A stretch of 64,000 nucleotides of DNA from an uncultured Clostridia bacterium (GTDB lineage Bacteria; Bacillota; Clostridia; TANB77; CAG-465): contig CALXJI010000004.1 in assembly GCA_944388585.1 (NCBI GenBank), positions 58,156-122,155 on the forward strand, read 5' to 3'. Positions within the stretch are counted from its first letter, which is position 1, and each line of letters opens with the position of its first letter. Made by a program: the position numbers and the translations under genes. The notes beneath the pieces are model-generated. The model was not told where the DNA came from. It saw only the letters and a program-made list of their open reading frames with translations, and did not search any database. This document shows positions 1 to 7,612 of the stretch, piece by piece.

Positions 1-187
1 CATTAGAATAATATTTTTTCTCATTAGTTTTAAATACTCCAACTGTAAAATCATTTGTTGCACCAAGTGCATTAACGTTTGCAAGTTTTATATTTTCTTT
101 TGACGCAATCTCTTTTATTTTCTCAAGTACTTCTTCTCCTTTATCTATTCTTGCAACTATGGTGTTATTAAATCTTCTATAATCCAT
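1..187 (-). CDS. PPC/DUF296-domain putative DNA-binding protein (runs off the left edge)
   Basis: Hand translation from ATG 187 (GGAGG RBS): MDYRRFNNTIVARIDKGEEVLEKIKEIASKENIKLANVNALGA..., typical DUF296 N-terminus; absent from the ORF track. Confidence 0.75.
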   Translation of the reverse strand, partial: MDYRRFNNTIVARIDKGEEVLEKIKEIASKENIKLANVNALGATNDFTVGVFKTNEKKYYSN

Positions 188-307
188 AATGATTACCTCC
201 TATTAAAACTTATATATCATATTAATCACATAAAAATTATACTATATTTTATTTATAAAGTCTAAATATTTACCTAAAAATGTTATTTATTATTTTTTTA
301 AAAAATA

Positions 308-336
308 AGGCACTTCCTTTTTTAAGATAGTGCTTT
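308..336 (-). terminator. Intrinsic terminator after GNAT 363-779
   Basis: Minus strand AAAGCACT...AGTGCCTT hairpin followed by a T-run. Confidence 0.55.
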
Positions 337-362
337 AAAATAAATTGTTTAAAAATATAAGC

Positions 363-779
363 TTAAAAATATTTAACTAAAAAATATTTAGTAAGTTTAG
401 GATTTACTTTATTTTCTCTTACGAATTCAACTTTAAATCCACACTTTTTATAAAATTCAGGTGCTTGAAATTCATAAGTACTTAAATTAATATTTTTAAA
501 TTCTTTATTTTTAAAATAATTTTCAACTGCTTCTATAAGCCTACTACCAATATGTCTGTTACGATACTCTTCAAGTATAATAAGATCACTTATATGTACT
601 TCATTATAGTATGAATGTCCCGTTATTATTCCAACAATATTTTCATCTTCTTTAGCCACAAAATTAAATGATTTATAATTACAGACCACATCATTTTTTG
701 CAGCAAATTTATTAAATTCATCATCTATCATATCATTAATATTGTCATCTAGATTTTCTTTATATTCTATATTTAACAT
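363..779 (-). CDS. GNAT N-acetyltransferase
   Basis: YRNRHIGSRL motif A, FQAPEFYKKCGF; GGAGG RBS. Confidence 0.85.
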   Translation of the reverse strand: MLNIEYKENLDDNINDMIDDEFNKFAAKNDVVCNYKSFNFVAKEDENIVGIITGHSYYNEVHISDLIILEEYRNRHIGSRLIEAVENYFKNKEFKNINLSTYEFQAPEFYKKCGFKVEFVRENKVNPKLTKYFLVKYF

Positions 780-797
780 TGCTATCCTCCTAATAAA

Positions 798-1460
798 TTA
801 CTTTTTACTTAATATATATTTTATTATATTATATATCTTTTCACTATGAACTATATAACTACTATGATTTTCTTTAGGAATTATTTCTAATGTACTATTT
901 TTTATATTTTTTGCAATTAATCTTGTATGTTCTTCTTTTATAACATCTTTCTCTCCTGCTAAAATATAAGTAGAAACTTCTATTTTTTCTAAATCTTTAA
1001 TAGTTATATTAGGTTCTTGTATCATCATTTTAAATAACTTGTTTCTGGTAATAAAATACCCTATCTTTGATACTATCAACATAGATTTAGACATTCCATT
1101 TGGATTTAAGTTAGCTCCACTTACAATTAGTTTAGACAACAATTTAGGCTCCTTTATTGCAATTAACAGTCCTATTATACCACCATCACTAAACCCATAA
1201 AATATAGGTTTAGTGATCTTCAATTTTTTTATAAACTCAATCATATCTTCAGCCATTAAGTCATATGATATTGTTTTTGTCTTTTCACTTTTCCCATGAC
1301 ATCTACTATCAACAGCATATACTTTATAATCTTCTTTTAATTTGTCTATTAATACATCGAATATTTGATGTGTTTCACTATTTCCATGTACTAATATGAT
1401 TGGCATTCCACTTCCATAAACTTCATAATATAAATTTACACCATTTACATTAATATACAT
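798..1460 (-). CDS. Alpha/beta fold hydrolase
   Basis: HG oxyanion motif, DSRCHGKS, GFSDG nucleophile elbow, C-terminal His. Confidence 0.85.
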   Translation of the reverse strand: MYINVNGVNLYYEVYGSGMPIILVHGNSETHQIFDVLIDKLKEDYKVYAVDSRCHGKSEKTKTISYDLMAEDMIEFIKKLKITKPIFYGFSDGGIIGLLIAIKEPKLLSKLIVSGANLNPNGMSKSMLIVSKIGYFITRNKLFKMMIQEPNITIKDLEKIEVSTYILAGEKDVIKEEHTRLIAKNIKNSTLEIIPKENHSSYIVHSEKIYNIIKYILSKK

Positions 1461-1481
1461 TCTAATCTCCTCTACAAATCA

Positions 1482-1694
1482 CTATTTATCTTTTTTAATT
1501 AAAAATCCTATTCCTAAACCAATGCATAAGCCTATACTAATTCCAAAACATATACAGATAGGAATATTATCAATAAACACACCTATAATTATCCCTAGTG
1601 ATGTTCCAATGCACATTCCTATTGACATTCCTTCTAACATATATGTTTTTGTTCCATCTTTAATTTCTTGCTTATTAACTTTCTTATTTTTCAT
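1482..1694 (-). CDS. Small glycine-zipper membrane protein
   Basis: 70 aa, two GxxxG-rich hydrophobic helices. Confidence 0.65.
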   Translation of the reverse strand: MKNKKVNKQEIKDGTKTYMLEGMSIGMCIGTSLGIIIGVFIDNIPICICFGISIGLCIGLGIGFLIKKDK

Positions 1695-1753
1695 AATATC
1701 CTCATTTTCAAATCACTATTTTATAACTAATCAATAATTAGAAATTTCTATAA

Positions 1754-2275
1754 TTATATACTAAATATAATTTCATGCTTTGTTATTTTTTCAATATCTT
1801 CACATAATTTATTTATATTATTCATGAATACAATTTCATACTTTGAAAATTTTTTATCTTTGCTAGATATTACCATTTCTTTATTTCCAATAAAAGATAA
1901 TAAATAACAATTATTCTCCTTATCAGTAATGCATTCTATTTTTCTTACTTGTTGCATATTGATAGTATAGCTTTCTTCCAAATATTTAATTATTATTTTA
2001 TTGTCTTCTACATCAACTTTTGCCACTACTATTATTTTCTTTCTTAGCTTATATGCAAAATAGATACCTACTATTATAGGAAAAATAACAATATCAAACG
2101 CATTCCAAGTATTTTGTGGCTCTTTCCAATTGGTAACTATTTCCTTAATACCATCATTTTGGCTATGTAAATAACTTATGCATAATAAAAATATTAATGT
2201 TATTAATAATATAATAATACAAATAATATTTAAAATTCCAAACTTACCATCAACTTTAATTTTATAATTATTCAT
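1754..2275 (-). CDS. Hypothetical membrane protein (2 TM plus soluble C-terminal domain)
   Basis: AGGAG RBS, two hydrophobic segments. Confidence 0.6.
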   Translation of the reverse strand: MNNYKIKVDGKFGILNIICIIILLITLIFLLCISYLHSQNDGIKEIVTNWKEPQNTWNAFDIVIFPIIVGIYFAYKLRKKIIVVAKVDVEDNKIIIKYLEESYTINMQQVRKIECITDKENNCYLLSFIGNKEMVISSKDKKFSKYEIVFMNNINKLCEDIEKITKHEIIFSI

Positions 2276-2319
2276 TTCAATACTCCTAACAATTAAATTA
2301 CTATTTATAATATTAGCTA

Positions 2320-2832
2320 CTATATTTCAAATTCTTTTCCATATTTAACAATGCCTTTTATTTCTTTATTTGTATCATTTAATTTTATTGCCATAAAATT
2401 TTTATAAGGTACTTCAAAAGGAGCTTTTATTCCATATTTCACTGCTGGAACATAACCAAATCGTGGATAGTAATTTTCACTGCCCAAAACAACAGAATAG
2501 TGATATTCTAATTTTTTTGCTACTTCATGACCTTTTTCTATTAATTTTCTTCCAATTCCTTGTCCTTGATACTCAGGTAAAACTGCTAATGGTGCTAATG
2601 CTAATTCTGTATTTTTACCTATTTTTATTTTTGTAAACAAAATATATCCTACAATTTTATTATCTTTAATAGCAACTAAAGATAATTTTTGAATAAAATT
2701 TTCACTTTTTCTTAGTTCTATAACTAAATCCTGTTCATTACCATCACTATGTTCTGCTCCTTCAAATGCAATTTTTACAACATTATATACATCTTCATAG
2801 TCATCTATATTCTCTTGTCTTATTTCTAACAT
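2320..2832 (-). CDS. GNAT N-acetyltransferase (YhbS-like)
   Basis: LAPLAVLPEYQGQGIG, VVLG...YYPRFGY. Confidence 0.85.
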   Translation of the reverse strand: MLEIRQENIDDYEDVYNVVKIAFEGAEHSDGNEQDLVIELRKSENFIQKLSLVAIKDNKIVGYILFTKIKIGKNTELALAPLAVLPEYQGQGIGRKLIEKGHEVAKKLEYHYSVVLGSENYYPRFGYVPAVKYGIKAPFEVPYKNFMAIKLNDTNKEIKGIVKYGKEFEI

Positions 2833-2926
2833 TATATTCTCCTTTAATCCCTAGTATTTTAATATTAATTTATTACTTCTTAATACTACCATAATAATAT
2901 ATAATTATCAATCAAATTTATAAACT

Positions 2927-3478
2927 TTAACTGTTTTTATCTTCACCTATAAACTTTAGCCACCAATTTTGTTTTTTAAGAAATCTATCTGCTATTTTAA
3001 ATATGCCATAACCAATAACTCCACCTAAAAGATTAGTTATAACATCATCTATATCTGCTGCTCTACCTATAAAATACTGAATAAATTCTACTCCAAATGT
3101 TACAAAAAATGCTATTATAGTTATTTTATATAGTTTTCTTTTACTTTTAAATACAATAGGAAGAAAAAATCCAAGCGGTATGAATAACATAATATTAGGA
3201 ATCTTTTCATTTATAAATTGATACGGCCCATAAATATTTTCATTAAAATTAAAAGGTATTAAATTTAAAACATACCTTTTTGGTGGAAATTCAATTGGCA
3301 TATATAGTATAGTTGCAAATATAATTAAAAATAATGAACAAATTAATCCCAAATAGCTTAATTGTCTAATAACATTTTTACCTTTCTTTTTTAAATAAAA
3401 TAATATTGGTAGATATAATATAGTTATAACTATAACGAATATAATAGCTAATCTAACATATGCATCTATCCTTTGCAT
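2927..3478 (-). CDS. VanZ family membrane protein
   Basis: NLIPF, NIMLFIPLGF, EFIQY...GRAADIDDVITN. Confidence 0.85.
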   Translation of the reverse strand: MQRIDAYVRLAIIFVIVITILYLPILFYLKKKGKNVIRQLSYLGLICSLFLIIFATILYMPIEFPPKRYVLNLIPFNFNENIYGPYQFINEKIPNIMLFIPLGFFLPIVFKSKRKLYKITIIAFFVTFGVEFIQYFIGRAADIDDVITNLLGGVIGYGIFKIADRFLKKQNWWLKFIGEDKNS

Positions 3479-3549
3479 AAAAATTACCTCACTTATTTTT
3501 TTAAAATAATATCATAATAAAATGACTTTTTTATGACTTTTATATAAAA

Positions 3550-3572
3550 ATAGACGACAATATGCCGTCTAT
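3550..3572 (-). terminator. Intrinsic terminator
   Basis: Minus strand ATAGACGGCA-loop-TGTCGTCTAT then T-run, directly after the stop of 3573-3905. Confidence 0.7.
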
Positions 3573-3905
3573 TTACTTTTTTTTGTATTTATTTAAAATG
3601 CTACCTATAAAAGTACCAATTAATGCAAAAATAAAATACACTATCATATATATATAAGCTGTCTTGTTATAAAAAATAAACATAGTAGGTAAAAATAATA
3701 ATGCTATAATTATAGATATCCATATTTTAAATCCATACTTTTTACAAAATACAATTGCCGCAATTAATGAATAAAGTGAGTTAATAAACCATAAATCTAA
3801 TAAAAATGTATACGTAACAGTTTCAGGAAATATATCATTTAAAATAGGAATTATATTATATATTACTAAAGATAAAATTATTATACCAATTATTTTTTTA
3901 CTCAT
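3573..3905 (-). CDS. Hypothetical 4-TM membrane protein
   Basis: 110 aa, hydrophobic; GAGGT RBS. Confidence 0.65.
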   Translation of the reverse strand: MSKKIIGIIILSLVIYNIIPILNDIFPETVTYTFLLDLWFINSLYSLIAAIVFCKKYGFKIWISIIIALLFLPTMFIFYNKTAYIYMIVYFIFALIGTFIGSILNKYKKK

Positions 3906-3919
3906 TATCTACCTCTATT

Positions 3920-4357
3920 TTAATAATTTTTACTTTCTAAAAACTCTTTTAATTCATTTTCATCTTTAAATATCTTATCAAAAATAAGATATAATGAATC
4001 AGTTACATCATATTCTCCTATAGCATAACATTTTTTCCCCATTCCATATGCAATGCCAGCTTCAATATGTGCAGATTTACCAGCTGGAAGTACAATTAAA
4101 AAGTTTTCAGAATTTTTCTCTCCATCTAAATCATGTTCAAAAATTGTTCTAACTCTAGGATTATCAAGTCCTAATGATTCAAAAGTATCGGCAAGATGAC
4201 TATCATTTATATCAAGCCCTGCCTCTTTATGTGATGCTTCATTTTTTAAAAAGCAATAATGTGAAATATTTAAATCCTCAAATATTTTACAAACATTTAA
4301 AATATTCTCCCTATTTCTAGTTCTACCTGCAATAAAAAATTTATACTTATACTCCAT
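3920..4357 (-). CDS. Nucleoside 2-deoxyribosyltransferase-like protein
   Basis: FFIAG near N-terminus, FEHD, LPAGKSAHIEAGIAYGMGK. Confidence 0.65.
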   Translation of the reverse strand: MEYKYKFFIAGRTRNRENILNVCKIFEDLNISHYCFLKNEASHKEAGLDINDSHLADTFESLGLDNPRVRTIFEHDLDGEKNSENFLIVLPAGKSAHIEAGIAYGMGKKCYAIGEYDVTDSLYLIFDKIFKDENELKEFLESKNY

Positions 4358-4366
4358 AACTTCCTC

Positions 4367-4867
4367 CTATTTATTAATATCAACAAATTCTTCCTTCAAT
4401 AATCCAGTAATACACTCATCAACATAATCATTAGTTGCTAAGCATAAATATCTTTTTCTTCTTATTCCTTCATCTTTATATCCAAGTTTATACTGCATAT
4501 TTCTAGATTTTTCATTTTCCTTAAAATATCCATTTTCTAATCTTCTTAAATTTAGTATCTCAAAGCAAAACTTAGCTCTTATACAAAAAGCTTCTATGCC
4601 ATATCCATTTTTTTGATAGCTTTCATTTAGCCAAATTCCACCACCAGCCGTACCATCTTTTTTATTTATATTTTCTATTGTTGTACCACCTATAACTTTA
4701 CCATTTTCCTTTAAAACTATAGCAAGCATTATATTATTTTCATTAGTCATATTTGAATATTCAATAAAATCTTTTGCATCTTGCTTTGTATATGGATACG
4801 GTATATTTGCAAGCCACTTTGATACATTTATATTATTAATATATTTATTTATAAAATTATTTTCTCG
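4367..4867 (-). pseudogene. RimJ/RimL-type GNAT, apparently 5'-truncated
   Basis: Frame open 4867-4367; GNAT-like sequence (NNINVSKWLANIPYPYTKQDA) continues upstream of the first ATG (4750) with no ATG/RBS, and the family N-terminus is missing. Confidence 0.55.
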
Positions 4868-5277
4868 TTATTTTTTGTACTTAAGTAAATTTTAATCTGT
4901 CGTATTATATGAGGAATATTATAATTACCAGCAAATTTATCATTATTTAACAAACTATCATTTATATCTAACCATTCTAATTTATTTTTTTCTTCTATTA
5001 GCTTTACTTCATGATTTAAAATACCATAAAAAACTTGTAAATTATTTTCATACTTAAAATAATTTATATCCATAAAATGATCTAATTCTATATCTTTATT
5101 TGATATTCCAGTTTCTTCAAATAATTCTCTGTATGCTGCTACATAATTTGATTCATTTTCTTCTACTTTTCCACCAACAAAATTATATAGACCTTTGTAT
5201 GGCTCTTTTGATCGAATACAAAAAAGAGCTTTATCTAAGTTTTTATTAAATACAACTATTAAATTTAACTTTCGCAT
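4849..5277 (-). CDS. NUDIX hydrolase
   Basis: Nudix box GGKVEENESNYVAAYRELFEETG; start placed at ATG 5277 after GGAG. Confidence 0.85.
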   Translation of the reverse strand: MRKLNLIVVFNKNLDKALFCIRSKEPYKGLYNFVGGKVEENESNYVAAYRELFEETGISNKDIELDHFMDINYFKYENNLQVFYGILNHEVKLIEEKNKLEWLDINDSLLNNDKFAGNYNIPHIIRQIKIYLSTKNNEKIIL

Positions 5278-5303
5278 ATTACTTCTCCATTTCAAATAGA
5301 AAT

Positions 5304-5702
5304 TTAGCTTATTAAACCTTTTTTATTTAAATCGTCAAATATTAATTTATCTACTTGAGAAATTTTTTCTAAATCATTACAGTTTAACCAATTTATACTT
5401 TCAATTTCACTACTAGGTTTTATATCACCATTAAAATCAGCTATATAGCATGTCATTTTTACTAATATTCCTTCATCTTTTGCATGTGCTTGTGCTTCAA
5501 ATGTTCCATAATACTGTATAGTATCTTTAATAATTTCAACATTTAGTTCTTCTTTACATTCTCTTATTAAAGTATCAGTATCTGATTCATCTTTTTCTCT
5601 TTTTCCACCAGGTAAATAATATATATCTTTTCCTTTAGATAATGTACATAATATTCTTTTGTCTTTTACATATATAAGTGCTATTTTATCTATTAATTTC
5701 AT
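5304..5702 (-). CDS. NUDIX hydrolase
   Basis: PGGKREKDESDTDTLIRECKEEL. Confidence 0.85.
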   Translation of the reverse strand: MKLIDKIALIYVKDKRILCTLSKGKDIYYLPGGKREKDESDTDTLIRECKEELNVEIIKDTIQYYGTFEAQAHAKDEGILVKMTCYIADFNGDIKPSSEIESINWLNCNDLEKISQVDKLIFDDLNKKGLIS

Positions 5703-5716
5703 ATATTCTCTTCTCC

Positions 5717-6196
5717 TTATTTATTTGCATTTTTTAACATTAACAAATGCTCAATCTGCCATTTTCTTTCATTTTCCATTATTTCTATAACATTTTTCTT
5801 ATCCTTATTAATATATTTAATAGCAGAAATAACATACATTGCTGTACCTTCCGCATGTGTAGGAACATGGCATGTAGCTAAGCAATGACTTGTTGCTCTT
5901 ACTATTTGGCAACAAGCTTTGTCTTCATTTTCAATTTTTCTTGCAAATTCTAATACTTTCCAACAATATTTTCTTGCCTCCCACATTGCTATTTTTCCAC
6001 TCATCCAATCTTTTAAAATATTAATAGCATTTTGTGGAATTTTTTCATTAGGATATTTTTGTTCAAAAAGGTAAAATACCCTATAAAGGCAATCAATAGC
6101 CCATTGAGCTAATATTTTTTGATCAGTTGTCTTTATTAATTCTTGAATTTCTGGATCATGCTTAGCTAACGAAAATTTTTTCATATCTATTGACAT
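5717..6196 (-). CDS. Putative immunity protein (Imm5-like helical domain)
   Basis: LAQWAIDC...P..AI...W..G...EARK...ATCHVPTHA...ERKWQ pattern, recognised by eye. Confidence 0.55.
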   Translation of the reverse strand: MSIDMKKFSLAKHDPEIQELIKTTDQKILAQWAIDCLYRVFYLFEQKYPNEKIPQNAINILKDWMSGKIAMWEARKYCWKVLEFARKIENEDKACCQIVRATSHCLATCHVPTHAEGTAMYVISAIKYINKDKKNVIEIMENERKWQIEHLLMLKNANK

Positions 6197-6219
6197 ATTT
6201 TCTCTCCAATAACTATAAT

Positions 6220-6780
6220 TTAAATATTATTTATATAATCATATATTTCTTTCCAACCACTTACTCTTTTAAAATTACAATCTTGTTGCAAATTTATTTT
6301 GCTATTAAATAGTAAAACACTATCTACTATTCCTTTTACACTATCTAAATTTTTTATATTATCATCTATAAATAAATCTATTTTTTCATCAATACAAACT
6401 TGTCTTTTATTATACGTACAAAAAAGTTTATCATAATTAATACCAAGATTATTTAATTGATTTGACGTAAATTCAAACGCTTTATCATAAAAAGCTTTAT
6501 CTCTTGCTGTAATAATTATTATTTTGTTTCCTTCAGATTTTAATTTATCTATAATTTCTTTTGCATCTTCTTTTAATGTAACATTTGGTAAAACTTGTTC
6601 AAACATCACTTTTCCTATCTCTTTTATTTTATCTTTATATTGTTCCAAGATTTTATCATAAGACATTTTATTACTTTCTTTTAATTTACCTATGTCTAAT
6701 GCACTATTTTTTGAAACATATGGTATCAAAATCTCTAAAGTATTAGTAATTGTGTCATCTATATCTATTCCTATATTCAT
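6220..6780 (-). CDS. HAD superfamily phosphatase (5'-nucleotidase/YqfW-like)
   Basis: IGIDIDDT motif I, ITAR, FIDD. Confidence 0.8.
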   Translation of the reverse strand: MNIGIDIDDTITNTLEILIPYVSKNSALDIGKLKESNKMSYDKILEQYKDKIKEIGKVMFEQVLPNVTLKEDAKEIIDKLKSEGNKIIIITARDKAFYDKAFEFTSNQLNNLGINYDKLFCTYNKRQVCIDEKIDLFIDDNIKNLDSVKGIVDSVLLFNSKINLQQDCNFKRVSGWKEIYDYINNI

Positions 6781-6805
6781 AATTTCCTCCAAATATAATT
6801 TTTTG

Positions 6806-7612
6806 CTAATTAAATCTTACTTCATTTTTTAGTCTATCTTTTTTGTCTTCATTTACTTTTTTCATTTTTTCATAGACTTCCTGCTTTAAAATTTCTATTT
6901 TTTGTTTTGTATCTCCTTGTTTTGGTGGTTCGATTGGTTCTACAATAGTTAATGTAACATCTTTTTTATATTTAAATAATTTTCTTATTCCTCGTGGTTC
7001 TCTAAAAGTAATAACTATTGGAACAATTTTTTTATTATTTTTAATTGCTATATTAAATGCCCCGTTTTTAAAGTGGCGTATTTTACTATGATATGGAATT
7101 AAAGATGCTTCAGGATACAAATGTACACTTTTTCCACTCTTTAAAATATCATCTATTGCATTCAAAAAATACTCTTTATTTTTTATACCTTCTGGTATTG
7201 GAATTGCTCTTAATAACTTTATTAATTTTCTAACACCAGGAATTTTAAAGCTTCCCTCTCGTGTTGTAAAATACACCTTTTTAAATCCATAGGCAAGACC
7301 TACCATTGCACAGTCTAAAAATAATACATGATTAGACACAGTAATTACGCTCTCTTTTATATCTCTTAAGTTTTCTTTTCCTTCAATTTCTAAATCATAT
7401 ACCACTTTAGTCAGTACTTTTAATATAGGATATGCTACTATATAATATACAAAATTAGATAAAATAGAAAAGATTACTCCTTTAGATACAAAATTATATT
7501 TTTCATCAATATTAAAATCTAATGGTTCCCACAACTTAATAATATGTTCATTTTCATCTTGAATTTCTAAATCATCAAGTTCTGCTACATTTTCATTATT
7601 ATCCTGTCTCAT
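6806..7612 (-). CDS. Lysophospholipid acyltransferase (PlsC family)
   Basis: NHVLFLD (HX4D), YPEA, FKNGAF. Confidence 0.85.
   Translation of the reverse strand: MRQDNNENVAELDDLEIQDENEHIIKLWEPLDFNIDEKYNFVSKGVIFSILSNFVYYIVAYPILKVLTKVVYDLEIEGKENLRDIKESVITVSNHVLFLDCAMVGLAYGFKKVYFTTREGSFKIPGVRKLIKLLRAIPIPEGIKNKEYFLNAIDDILKSGKSVHLYPEASLIPYHSKIRHFKNGAFNIAIKNNKKIVPIVITFREPRGIRKLFKYKKDVTLTIVEPIEPPKQGDTKQKIEILKQEVYEKMKKVNEDKKDRLKNEVRFN

Noticed and set aside
794-2307. Junction motifs as CRISPR repeats or canonical attC sites
   Set aside because: Too short, separated by whole genes, and lacking the RYYYAAC/GTTRRRY ends and long hairpin of attC.
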